DNA of 64,000 bases from IMG/VR virus record IMGVR_UViG_3300009152_000005. One strand, 5' to 3'. Positions 46,041 through 55,134 of this stretch are shown here, in pieces. The DNA comes from an uncultured virus (IMG/VR IMGVR_UViG_3300009152_000005) (taxonomy: Duplodnaviria > Heunggongvirae > Uroviricota > Caudoviricetes). The position numbers and the translations under genes are program-made. The notes below the pieces were generated by a model that was not told where the DNA came from, did not search any database, and saw nothing but the letters and a program-made list of their open reading frames with translations. Numbering within the stretch: position 1 is the stretch's first letter; every line of letters starts with the position of its first letter.

Positions 46041-47044
46041 GTAATGGTGTTCGTGGGACCGTAACAGGCTGCACCAAGGTGCCCGACGACCAAACCGAGG
46101 TCGACATACGGTTGGTGTCCCGCGGCAAACGCCCGGCGCGAAAAAATGACGTCTTCCCCGGTCCCCGGGTGGTATTCGCGTGCATGTCGGACCAAATCCG
46201 CGGCAGCCGCCTTGATTTCCTCCGGTTCTGTGAGTTTTTCGAGACTTTCCGCGGCCCGAAAGAGCACATCTTGACTCGGCGAGAAAAACTGCCAGACATC
46301 ACCGGCGCTCGGCGGTGCCAATTCAGGGAATTTCCGCTGGATAGCCTCGAAAACGCTCCTGTGGATGAGTACACAGCCGGTTCCGACCCATGCGGTGGCC
46401 CGGACCTCGTCCCGGGGGGCTTTACGGACCTCCGCTGCGACTTTTTTGTTGCCCACCGCCTCGGCAAACATGGGCCTTCCGGTCTTGTTGCGTCCAAAAT
46501 AGGTCGCACCCACGAACGTCTTGCCTGAGGCCCGAATCCGGTCGACCGTGTTGCGGCCGGCGGTCACGTCATCCATGCCGCGGAAATCCGTGACGTCCCG
46601 AAACCAGCCCGGGTTGCCAGTGGGGAGGACCATGTCGTCATCGACCCAGAGCGACCATTCGTGTTTCGACTTCAGGAACCAATCCGCGATGATGTTCCGT
46701 GAGTGGACAATCATGGCGTCCCCGACCTGCATCTTCAGGCCCATCTGTGTCTTGTCAAAGAGCGACAGGAGCGAGAAAACCGTGTGCGGGTTGGTGGTTT
46801 TGTACCACGGCAAGCAGAACGCGATGTCCCGTTTGTCTGCGACCACCGGGAGAGGACGGGACACGGGCACCGCAGCGACCGGACGCGGCGCCACGAGGGT
46901 GCCGGGCGGGTTGAGTGCCTTTGGCTGCGCCGATAACGGACCCTCGGCTGCCTTGCGCGGTACCGGCGGCCCCGTGATGGGTTTCGACGGGTCCACCATC
47001 ATTTCGTCGACCAAGCCGGCGACTCCGGGAGGGTTGTCGCTCAA
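46037..47044 (-). CDS. GT2-like (GT-A) glycosyltransferase
   Basis: HSRNII, LWVDDDM (DxD), VGTGCVLIHRSVF, GEDVIF, YVD....GHLG. Confidence 0.85.
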   Translation of the reverse strand: MSDNPPGVAGLVDEMMVDPSKPITGPPVPRKAAEGPLSAQPKALNPPGTLVAPRPVAAVPVSRPLPVVADKRDIAFCLPWYKTTNPHTVFSLLSLFDKTQMGLKMQVGDAMIVHSRNIIADWFLKSKHEWSLWVDDDMVLPTGNPGWFRDVTDFRGMDDVTAGRNTVDRIRASGKTFVGATYFGRNKTGRPMFAEAVGNKKVAAEVRKAPRDEVRATAWVGTGCVLIHRSVFEAIQRKFPELAPPSAGDVWQFFSPSQDVLFRAAESLEKLTEPEEIKAAAADLVRHAREYHPGTGEDVIFSRRAFAAGHQPYVDLGLVVGHLGAACYGPTNTIT

Positions 47045-48231
47045 GCCTTGGCCTCCGCCGCCTTCATGTGGGCGTCAAACGCTTGGTCCGCGCTCGTGTG
47101 GAAGAGGTCTGCGGCTTTGGCCGGCGTCGGACGCGCTGTGACGGACTCGCCCGGCTTGGTCGAACGGCCCGACGCTTCGAGCTTGGTCAACCGGTCGTTG
47201 GCCGCCGACAACTTCGCCGAGAGGTCCTTCGTGAGCGCACGCTCCGAAATGGCTTCCGCCCGGAAAATGCGCGCCAGACCAAAAGCGGCGATGGCCTGCG
47301 CGTAGCTCTCCGGAGTCATTTCCTTGGCGAAGGTCGCGACCTCGTTGCGCACGGTGCCGATGAAGGCGTTGTGCTTGTCGATGGCGGCCTTCTGCTCGGC
47401 ACTTGCGCCCGCCGGCACCTCTTTGAGCTGGAACGCCGGGGTGCGGCCCACCAACGAATTGGTGGTGGTCTGCACGGTCTCCAGCTTCTTGAACTCGGTC
47501 TGCTCGGAATCCTTTCGGCGCTCCTCGTGGAATTTGCCGGAGTTGTTCTTGGCCTCCTTGATTGCCTCGTCACGGGACTCCTTGAGGTCCTCACGCTGGA
47601 TGCGTTTCGCCTCGACCACCAACTTGAGTCGCGTCGCGTCGAGCCCGGCCGCCTCCATCTTGCTGTACAAATCGGCGTAGTCGAGTTCGTCGAGGCCGAC
47701 GGCCTTGATGCCGTCAATCACCTTGTCACCCAGCCCGGCTTCCCGGAACTTGGAAAAAATCGACTCGTCGAGCTTTTTCAACGGCTCCCCGAATTTCTTC
47801 TCAAAAACGGGGTCGCCCTCGACCGACAACGATTCGCGGAAAGCGCGCAGCTCGGCCAGTTCATCCGCGACTTCTTTTGGCAGTTTGTCGACGCTGACGG
47901 GCTGCGTGGACGCCTCCTCCAGCTCCTTGATGCGGGCATCCCGTTTGGACAGCTCGGTGCGGGCCAACTCCTTGACCTTGTCAAACGCCGCGGTCGTGGC
48001 CGGCTTGGCATACGGGGGTAGACTGACCCCGTCCAAAGTATCCGCGGCAGGGGCGGCCGGCGCTGTATCCTGAGGCTCGACCACGGGGGCCGCGGAGATT
48101 ACCGGCGCGGCCGGTGTGCTTTCGACCGGCGGAGTTGCGGAGACAGTCGGCGCAACGGGGGGAGTGACCTCCGCGGGTCCGGTAGGTAGGACTTCCGCGA
48201 GGGTGGCAAACGTATTGTCAATGTCGGGCAT
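47041..48231 (-). CDS. capsid scaffolding protein
   Basis: Pro/Ala-rich N-terminus and long charged coiled coil, between portal and MCP. Confidence 0.65.
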   Translation of the reverse strand: MPDIDNTFATLAEVLPTGPAEVTPPVAPTVSATPPVESTPAAPVISAAPVVEPQDTAPAAPAADTLDGVSLPPYAKPATTAAFDKVKELARTELSKRDARIKELEEASTQPVSVDKLPKEVADELAELRAFRESLSVEGDPVFEKKFGEPLKKLDESIFSKFREAGLGDKVIDGIKAVGLDELDYADLYSKMEAAGLDATRLKLVVEAKRIQREDLKESRDEAIKEAKNNSGKFHEERRKDSEQTEFKKLETVQTTTNSLVGRTPAFQLKEVPAGASAEQKAAIDKHNAFIGTVRNEVATFAKEMTPESYAQAIAAFGLARIFRAEAISERALTKDLSAKLSAANDRLTKLEASGRSTKPGESVTARPTPAKAADLFHTSADQAFDAHMKAAEAKA

Positions 48232-48236
48232 AAAAA

Positions 48237-48569
48237 TCAGGGGTTGCTTGCAAGCGTGACACGGCCGGTGACCGCGTCTTGTACCCACGCGCTGTCATCT
48301 TCAAGCGCGGGCAGACTTTGGGTCGTGGCCGACTCTTCTTTGGGGGTTTCCGGAGGTACTGCAAGAAGTTCGATGAGTGCTTCGACCTCGTCAAAACCCA
48401 TGGTCCTACCGAGAGCAATCGAAGCCCGGGAAAAAGACACGTTGCGCGGGTACGCCCGGCGCTTCATGTCCATGGCGCGAAGGAACTTTCCCCCGGTCGG
48501 GGTGCGGAGAAAACCCCTCAGGTTCTCCGCATCCTCGCTGCCCCAGTCCGGAATCTTCTCGATGGTCAC
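48237..48569 (-). CDS. small protein following portal
   Basis: W..ED...L..FL.TPTG..F pattern typical of post-portal phage proteins. Confidence 0.6.
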   Translation of the reverse strand: MTIEKIPDWGSEDAENLRGFLRTPTGGKFLRAMDMKRRAYPRNVSFSRASIALGRTMGFDEVEALIELLAVPPETPKEESATTQSLPALEDDSAWVQDAVTGRVTLASNP

Positions 48570-48582
48570 CACGCAGTCTGTC

Positions 48583-50625
48583 TTAGCCTGCGGGTGCCGG
48601 AGCCGCAAGCGCGGCCTGCGGGTTTGCCGGCGGTTGCTGCGCCGGCGGTTGCTGTGCCGCCAACTGCTTGAGCTGTTGAAGGGCGGCTGCCGCTTGCTTC
48701 ACCGCGGCTTCGTAGGGGGCGAGCTGTTCCGGCGCCGCGCCTTGCTGCTTGGCCGTGTTGACGTGGGCCGCCATGTGCGTGACATACGCCTCCAAGATGG
48801 GCTCGGCCTGCGGGGACTTCATGGCTTCCTCGGCGACGGGCTGGAGCGCCGGGGCAAGCACTTCCAGATGGACAAGGTGGTTGTCTCGCGCCGAGACCGG
48901 AATCATCTGGCCGTCGGTGAGCAGCGAGTTTTCCATCATCTGCAACCGGCTCTGCTCCGCGGTCTCGGTCGGGTCGTCCTGCGGCAGCAACATCTGTTCC
49001 GCGGTGTCGGCATCAAGCAAGGCGGTGACGTACTGCTTTTCGACCTCGTGGGAATTGTACTGCGGGTTTCCGCGCGCCGCCGTGCAGACCGTGATGATGT
49101 TCTGACGCTCGACCTCTGTGAGTTCCCGGACCACGCCGATGGCCGGCACCGTCCCGAAGTAGTCGACTTCGCGGTCCGAGAACCGCTCCTCCTCGATGAG
49201 CTTTCGACGAAACTCGATTGCGTCTTTATCCCGCGAATCCGGCAGACACAACCGCCGCTGGATTTCGGTGTCGATGTCCATGAACTGGAAGAGCCACCGC
49301 TCTTGAAAAGTGTCGGCGCGCTCGTCCTCACGGCCTGCCATGAAGTCGACTTGGGCCGCCGTCACACGGTCGCCCGAGAGCTGCTTGGGGCTCGTGCTGC
49401 CGCCAATCTGGTCGAGCAGGCCGGTCAGGTACGTATCGAGCGTGAAAAACGGCTCGACCGCGGGGTCGATTTTCCGTTCCAACACCTCGAACCCCTCCTC
49501 AATCATAATCGCGTTCCCATGGACGTGCATCCGGAACTGGTTGAGTTTGCGGGGGTCGCACTGGATGACCAGCTTGCCGGCGAGCTGGAGCCGGTCAATC
49601 ACCTCGTTGCGGGACCGGTCGAGCGCCCGAGCGATGTTGTACACCTCGCGCCCGAGCCCTTTGCTGCCGTGCATCGTTCCATCGGCCTGTTGGTGGCTGA
49701 GGAAGGCGGACGCATGGGTCATCTTCAAGAACCGCTCCGGGTGGTAGAACAACAGGCGGTATTCGCGGTCGCAGATGATGTGGGTCACCCGGCCCGTTGG
49801 TTCGGTCGCGAGGAGGTGGTAGAACCGGACGACTTCGGCGCCGGTGTACGAGGTGCCTAAGCTGACGCCGCGGATGAGGTCCTCGTAGACGCGGAGGTAG
49901 TCGGACGACTGGCTCCGCAACTGCTCCGGCATCGCGCTATTGATGGCGTTGACGAGATTCGGCAGGTCCCACCGTTTGTCTTCCGCCGACGAAGCCTCCT
50001 CAAGTTTTTCCGCGGCTTCGTGGATGGGGTTGTCCTTGACGAGGACGATGAGCGGGCACGAAGCGGCGGATTGCTTGGTGCCGACGGGAATGAAGAACGC
50101 GTCCTGCCGGAAAAAGGAAGGCATCCAACCCTCCTCGTCGAGCCACATGGCGGCTGCGTAGCCGAACATCGTGTTCTCCTGCGCCAGCTCGGCGACGAAG
50201 TTCTTCCAGAGAGGGTTCGCCCGGACGGTCTCGGTGAACACCCGACGGAATTTTTCGGTCTTGATGCGCGCGTCGGGGTAGCTGTCGGGAAGCGACGCCG
50301 AGGTCAGGTACCGGGCGGAGTGGATGGATTTCGGGAAACGGGACGACGCCTTGTCGATGAGGACCGGCAACGGCTTGGTGGAAAAATTGGACTTCCACGA
50401 GAGGCCCTCGCTGCGCAGCAAAGCGGGGCTGACCGGCTGCTCCGCATTGTACGCCGCCATGATGCGGGCGTTCTTGGTGTTGCGTTCGCGGTTCTCTTGG
50501 ATGAGGCGCTTGATGACGTCGCCGGCCTGCTGGATGGTCTGGATAGACCGGCGGACCACCTTGCCCTCGTCGGAGATACGAGGGTCACCAGAGGTCGTGC
50601 AATTTGTGGAGGGGAGCGGGTCCAT
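48583..50625 (-). CDS. portal protein
   Basis: 680 aa, Gln/Ala/Pro tail, DNHLVHL motif, downstream of terL. Confidence 0.8.
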   Translation of the reverse strand: MDPLPSTNCTTSGDPRISDEGKVVRRSIQTIQQAGDVIKRLIQENRERNTKNARIMAAYNAEQPVSPALLRSEGLSWKSNFSTKPLPVLIDKASSRFPKSIHSARYLTSASLPDSYPDARIKTEKFRRVFTETVRANPLWKNFVAELAQENTMFGYAAAMWLDEEGWMPSFFRQDAFFIPVGTKQSAASCPLIVLVKDNPIHEAAEKLEEASSAEDKRWDLPNLVNAINSAMPEQLRSQSSDYLRVYEDLIRGVSLGTSYTGAEVVRFYHLLATEPTGRVTHIICDREYRLLFYHPERFLKMTHASAFLSHQQADGTMHGSKGLGREVYNIARALDRSRNEVIDRLQLAGKLVIQCDPRKLNQFRMHVHGNAIMIEEGFEVLERKIDPAVEPFFTLDTYLTGLLDQIGGSTSPKQLSGDRVTAAQVDFMAGREDERADTFQERWLFQFMDIDTEIQRRLCLPDSRDKDAIEFRRKLIEEERFSDREVDYFGTVPAIGVVRELTEVERQNIITVCTAARGNPQYNSHEVEKQYVTALLDADTAEQMLLPQDDPTETAEQSRLQMMENSLLTDGQMIPVSARDNHLVHLEVLAPALQPVAEEAMKSPQAEPILEAYVTHMAAHVNTAKQQGAAPEQLAPYEAAVKQAAAALQQLKQLAAQQPPAQQPPANPQAALAAPAPAG

Positions 50626-50858
50626 CAGAGATTTTTCCAGCGGTCAGGGACGTCGGGACAGGTTTCGGTGGAGAGTCGGGCCTTCAAAGGCGCGATGCAG
50701 CCACAGAGATTGCAGACCTGTGCAGAAAAATGGGGGCACATAGTGCAGACGGCGTCCCGGGCTTGTGCGGTCTCTTCGCTGACGAGAGGGCTCGTCCCGG
50801 CCCACAGAGACACGACGATGCGTCGGAGCGCGAAGAAAGCGTTCCGGGCTCGCCTCAC
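50625..50858 (-). CDS. small Cys-rich Zn-binding protein (DUF6171-like)
   Basis: R..VC..CP...CNLCGC...K....E.CP....W. Confidence 0.65.
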   Translation of the reverse strand: MRRARNAFFALRRIVVSLWAGTSPLVSEETAQARDAVCTMCPHFSAQVCNLCGCIAPLKARLSTETCPDVPDRWKNL

Positions 50859-51445
50859 TGTTTTGCCCTCCAGCAGGCGTCCGGGACATCTTCCCGCGGC
50901 GCGGCCGGGTCGAGCTTCAGGCGGCAAGCAGTCTCGTTGTGGTGCCCAAAAAGGGCGCATCCGTGCAGCCCCTCAGCGTTGAATTCCGGACCGTTGCGGC
51001 GGATTTCCGCGACGATGGTTTTTCCCGCGGCGTCGCACGATTTACACGACACCTTCCAGCCGTGGTTCTTGGGGCAGGCCCGGCAAATGGACGCCCTCTT
51101 GGACGCCTCTTCGCTTGAGACCCGCTCCAGCGTGTTGCGAGCGTCCCTGATGCGGACTTCGACAAGCCACAGCCCGATGTCGATGCCGAGCTTGACGCTC
51201 GGGTCCTGCGGGAAAGAGGAGGCGACGTTGGTTGTGTTGCAGAGCGTCGGTTGCGCCGCACATGCCTGTTCAAAGACCTCGGATTGCGGGTCGCCGGCAG
51301 GCTGGTTGGTAAGCGCGCGGTACTGCTTGACCTTTTGGATGAGTGAACTCCACCCGTCGTCCGACCGAACCTCGACGCCATTCGACTCCCGGAACAGGAA
51401 ACCCCGTGTCGGGTACAGATTGGGGTTCGGCTGTTGCAACGTCAT
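50855..51445 (-). CDS. Cys-rich hypothetical protein
   Basis: RASICRACPKN, CKSC, GC...C...CW. Confidence 0.65.
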   Translation of the reverse strand: MTLQQPNPNLYPTRGFLFRESNGVEVRSDDGWSSLIQKVKQYRALTNQPAGDPQSEVFEQACAAQPTLCNTTNVASSFPQDPSVKLGIDIGLWLVEVRIRDARNTLERVSSEEASKRASICRACPKNHGWKVSCKSCDAAGKTIVAEIRRNGPEFNAEGLHGCALFGHHNETACRLKLDPAAPREDVPDACWRAKQ

Positions 51446-51489
51446 GTGGGAGAAACCCTACGGTTGGTGGGTTATCGCGGCAAGCGACG

Positions 51490-51768
51490 TCACGCGAAGG
51501 AGTACCGAACGTCGTTGGTGCCGGTCGCGGCGACTGCCGAGAATCCGGAGGCCGGACCAAAAAATTTGCGTTCGGCCTTGATGGTCGCCCCCGCGGCAAG
51601 CGGGATGCCGTTCGTGGTGGACACGACTGCATCATCGTTTGTCCACTTGAGGTACACCGTGTTCGAGCCGAGGTTCGTGATGGTGCCGGACACCCATCGG
51701 AGCGTCGGACCGAACGCCACGGCTGGAGTTGTGCCGACAGAAAGGGCTCCCGCAGTTTTTTGTGCCAT
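51490..51768 (-). CDS. small beta-sandwich protein (probably virion-associated)
   Basis: ITNLGSNTVYL...GIPLAAG pattern. Confidence 0.6.
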   Translation of the reverse strand: MAQKTAGALSVGTTPAVAFGPTLRWVSGTITNLGSNTVYLKWTNDDAVVSTTNGIPLAAGATIKAERKFFGPASGFSAVAATGTNDVRYSFA

Positions 51769-51792
51769 ACCTATCGGTAATGTCGGGACACG

Positions 51793-51822
51793 AAAAGGCC
51801 GCCCTCGGGAAAGAGAGCGGCC
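51793..51822 (-). terminator. intrinsic terminator
   Basis: ggccgctctc-tttccc-gagggcggcc-tttt on the minus strand. Confidence 0.65.
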
Positions 51823-51838
51823 GGGTCGGACTTGGAGC

Positions 51839-52021
51839 CTATCTATGGGAGTTACCCTTGTCCGACTTTGCTGCGGGGTTTGTTGGGGTGCCCGCTTTGG
51901 GCGTCAACACGCAAACTGGCGAGTGCTTCGGGTGCTCCGCAGGCAGGTCTTGCGTGACCCGTTCGGAGAGGGACCAAGGTGTCACTGGCCGGACCCTTTC
52001 GGTCACGCCGGCCACACTCAT
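51839..52021 (-). CDS. hypothetical protein
   Basis: 60-aa ORF directly after tRNA-Met. Confidence 0.35.
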   Translation of the reverse strand: MSVAGVTERVRPVTPWSLSERVTQDLPAEHPKHSPVCVLTPKAGTPTNPAAKSDKGNSHR

Positions 52022-52026
52022 TGAAA

Positions 52027-52101
52027 TGGGAGCAGGGGACGGAATCGAACCGCCGACGGTGTGGTTATGGGCCACATGAACTACCACTGTTCTACCCTGC
52101 T
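52027..52101 (-). tRNA. tRNA-Met (CAT), atypical
   Basis: AGCAGGG TA GAAC AGTGGTA GTTC A TGTGG CCCATAA CCACA CCGTC GGCGG TTCGATT CCGTC CCCTGCT C CCA. Confidence 0.9.
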
Positions 52102-52196
52102 AGAAGAGGCGCCGCGCGCATGTTTCATGTGGTAATACACAAACCCGACCCCGGTTCTCCCGTGGTACCATGTGCGGCGGCAAGATGTCAAAAAAC

Positions 52197-52269
52197 TGGA
52201 GGCGCCGCAGGGAAACGAGCCCTGTCTTCCGCCGCTACGCAGCGGTGTCCTACCATAGACGACGGTGCC
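52197..52269 (-). tRNA. degenerate tRNA-like gene (Glu-like body, nominal GTA anticodon)
   Basis: GGCACCG TC GTCT ATGGT AGGAC A CCGCT GCGTAGC GGCGG AAGA CAGGG CTCGTTT CCCTG CGGCGCC T CCA. Confidence 0.65.
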
Positions 52270-52313
52270 AAAAATAGGAGGATGGGCGGTTCAAATCCAC
52301 CCATCCAAGACCC

Positions 52314-52574
52314 TTAGTTTCCGCTGCCACGCTTCGGAAGCGAGGCGGCCACCGTGGCGGCCCGAGCGGCGCGCGTGGCCTTCAGAGCCTTCTGAGCCTT
52401 CTGCTTGCGGCAGAACTCTTCGTTGATGGAGCGGATGGAAGCGAGGTCGTTCATGGTATTTTTGGTATGTGTTTCTGCGGTTGTAATGTCTCCGACACCG
52501 AGAAACTGGCAGATGTCCCGGAGGAGGGCAACACCTTTTTCAAAAATCTTCGCTGTCGGCTCCGCCTTCGTCAT
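52314..52574 (-). CDS. hypothetical protein
   Basis: 86-aa ORF overlapping the terL 3' end. Confidence 0.5.
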   Translation of the reverse strand: MTKAEPTAKIFEKGVALLRDICQFLGVGDITTAETHTKNTMNDLASIRSINEEFCRKQKAQKALKATRAARAATVAASLPKRGSGN

Positions 52575-54450
52575 TCAGGCCGGAAAAACGGTCGGTGATA
52601 CCGACGATTGCGCCACCTTCGCGGTACGCTGCAAACCGTTGGCCGCGATTGACTTCGACGAAGGTCGAGACCTCGTCTTGGGTGACGGCCGGAATCTCGC
52701 CGCTCGCCATGCGGGCCGAGTGCAACATCAGCGTGGTGGCGTCCGCTTCGTCGGGCGACGGGTTGTTTCGGTCTGTGAAATCCTTCTTCGACTCGACGGC
52801 GTCGACTTTTCCGAGCGAAATCTGCCGGCCGACCAACTGAGGTCCTAGCTTATCTAAGGAAACTTCGGGTAGGATGAAGAAGCGCCCATAGTCCATCCAC
52901 TTCCGCAGGGCGACCCACAGTTCGGACACCATCCGGTTGACCGATTCGTGCGCCGTGGTCTTGTCCTCGGCGACGATTTTCTTGTCCGACGCGGCTTGGT
53001 AATAGTTCACGCCGCGAACGGCAGATGACCAGAGCGTCTTGACGATGTCATGCACGCCGGCGCCGTTTCCCGTGCGGTCCATCGTGACCCAATCAGGGTC
53101 GACGTTGAGCAGTCGGCAGACGCGGACCACCTCTTGGGCCATCACCCAAGTGTCGCCCTTGGGGAGCGGCATGAGGGCGCAGAGCTGGACGAGGTACTTT
53201 TCTCCCGGCCGTCCCTGCGGCCCCTGAAAAACGACGGTCTCGCCTTGGGGAAACTGGATGGTCGGCTGCCGCGTGACGCCGGTGGCGACGCCAGCTTTGC
53301 CCCACGCCAGCTTGGCGGTGTCGCCACCTTCAAGGGCGATGTCGATTCCGACCACGATGCGCGGGGTCTCCCGCCACGTCACGGTCGCGACGCTCCGGTC
53401 GAGCATCAACTGCGGGATGACGGACACCGCGTTGCCCGACATCGGGAAGCAGGCGCGGCAGAACGTGAAGTAGCCGGCCGACTCGGTGCCGCCGGACCCG
53501 CGGATGATGGCTTGGTATCCCTCGTATGTCTGGAGACCATGAAAAATGGTCTCGCGCTGCATCACGTTCTCGCACTTGGCCGCATCAAGGCGCACGACCT
53601 TCCAACCGCGCTTGGACTTCCACTCCTCGTCCGTCTCCATGTTGAACGAGCCCCAGCCGTTGAGGGGCTCGGCCCTCACGCCGGCGGGGCCGCCGATGTT
53701 GGTCGGGTTGTACGCCGCGCCGATGAACAACGTGCCGGCGTCCTCCGTGCCGTTGTAGTTGGCCATCACGTTCTCGATGTCCTTGATGACGCCGGGCGGC
53801 ACGTTCTCGAACTCGTCGATGAAAATCTTGAGGCGGCTCATGCGCCCGAAGACTGGGTGGACCGCGCCGTTGCGGGGGAAACGCTTGGAACCTTGAAGCC
53901 GGCCGGACTTTTTCCCGATGGGGATGACGATGCCGGAGATGGCGGACCGACGCTGACGGGGGTCGAGCCCGATGAAAAGTTTGCCGACGTGCCCCGGCAA
54001 CGGAATTGCCGAGTCTTGGTGCATCTTGATGATGTGGGAGAACAGGTTGTCCTCCAGATGCTGCTCGGACGGGCCGACGAGCTTGATGGTCGTGTACTCA
54101 GGGTCCCGCAGCCAGTCGAGCAGCAGGTATGCGCCGCCCCCGTAGGACTTGGACATCGACGCGGCTCCTTGGAGCAGGACGAAAGGCTCTGCGCGGAAGT
54201 TCCGCCAGACCATTTGGGTGCAGCGGGGTTGACAGGAAAAGACTGCGCTGCCCCACAGAAGCTCGGCCGCCTCCTCGTACTTATCAGCTTCAAGAAAATA
54301 CCTTAGCACTTGCCTGAGATAGACTACGGCGTCTGCGTCAGTTCGCGGAACGGCCACCTTGGCGCTTGCTGCGAACAAGCGGGCCGCGGATAGCCTGTCC
54401 CCCTCACGGAGGTGGGCGCACATGGCCGCGAAGAGGCCGGCGTTAATCAT
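52540..54450 (-). CDS. terL: terminase large subunit
   Basis: Variant Walker A GAASMSKS, Walker B IFIDE, YNP, nuclease GIDIALEGGD, MDRTGNGAGV, SPDEADA. Confidence 0.88.
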   Translation of the reverse strand: MINAGLFAAMCAHLREGDRLSAARLFAASAKVAVPRTDADAVVYLRQVLRYFLEADKYEEAAELLWGSAVFSCQPRCTQMVWRNFRAEPFVLLQGAASMSKSYGGGAYLLLDWLRDPEYTTIKLVGPSEQHLEDNLFSHIIKMHQDSAIPLPGHVGKLFIGLDPRQRRSAISGIVIPIGKKSGRLQGSKRFPRNGAVHPVFGRMSRLKIFIDEFENVPPGVIKDIENVMANYNGTEDAGTLFIGAAYNPTNIGGPAGVRAEPLNGWGSFNMETDEEWKSKRGWKVVRLDAAKCENVMQRETIFHGLQTYEGYQAIIRGSGGTESAGYFTFCRACFPMSGNAVSVIPQLMLDRSVATVTWRETPRIVVGIDIALEGGDTAKLAWGKAGVATGVTRQPTIQFPQGETVVFQGPQGRPGEKYLVQLCALMPLPKGDTWVMAQEVVRVCRLLNVDPDWVTMDRTGNGAGVHDIVKTLWSSAVRGVNYYQAASDKKIVAEDKTTAHESVNRMVSELWVALRKWMDYGRFFILPEVSLDKLGPQLVGRQISLGKVDAVESKKDFTDRNNPSPDEADATTLMLHSARMASGEIPAVTQDEVSTFVEVNRGQRFAAYREGGAIVGITDRFSGLNDEGGADSEDF

Positions 54451-55052
54451 GTGATGCTTTTCATCACGGTCACCTTGTCCAGCCCGATGACACGGGTGCG
54501 TTCCGACGCACAGTGGACGAGCGGGAGGCCGTTGACTCGGGGGTCGCCGAACTCGGAACAAGCCGGGTCGACCGGGAAGGACGAGAAGCGGGCGCACAGG
54601 TGCATGTCCGAGTAGTGCGGCTGCCCCAGCACGATGAAGGGTTCACCCGGCTTGCGCCACCATTCAAAGGTCGTCTCAAGTCCTGCCGGGGTGGCGTAGA
54701 AGGCGCACGGGACTTTGTCGAGGTGTAGATGAATGGCTGGCGCATTCGCGAGGAGGTGGTCGGGCCGGTAGCCGCGGTTGACGACGTCGTAGTCTGTCAG
54801 GAGCCCGCCACCCCGTTCGTGGAGCGCCAGCCAACGAAGGTAGCAGGCGTTCTCGTAGGCGTGGCCGTTGACGGTAGGGAGACTGTTTACACATTCAAAC
54901 AGTTCGGGGAAAAGCGGCGACCTGTGGGCGTCACGCTCGGTCAGTACCACTGGGGACCACCCATGCCGGTGCCACGAGTCGGCCCAGACCTCGATTTCTG
55001 CCGGCCATTCCCGCGCTTCGTCGGCGTGGTGGTAAGTGTAGACGGTATTCAC
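54447..55052 (-). CDS. GT32-like DxD glycosyltransferase
   Basis: W..SW...GW.P, CYLRWLAL...GGGLLTDYDV; stop overlaps the terL start (ATGA). Confidence 0.7.
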   Translation of the reverse strand: MNTVYTYHHADEAREWPAEIEVWADSWHRHGWSPVVLTERDAHRSPLFPELFECVNSLPTVNGHAYENACYLRWLALHERGGGLLTDYDVVNRGYRPDHLLANAPAIHLHLDKVPCAFYATPAGLETTFEWWRKPGEPFIVLGQPHYSDMHLCARFSSFPVDPACSEFGDPRVNGLPLVHCASERTRVIGLDKVTVMKSIT

Positions 55053-55134
55053 GCGATGGCAGGAGCCTACCCGGCGCGTTTGTACGCGGCAAGCGGCCCC
55101 ACGCACCATTTTTTCATGGCGCGCGGCAGGGTCT

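Noticed and set aside
20114..54306. Long plus-strand ORFs (20114-21322, 22397-23779, 27217-28401, 42982-44199, 48244-49860, 53050-54306)
   Set aside because: Antisense to structural genes; no recognisable domains.
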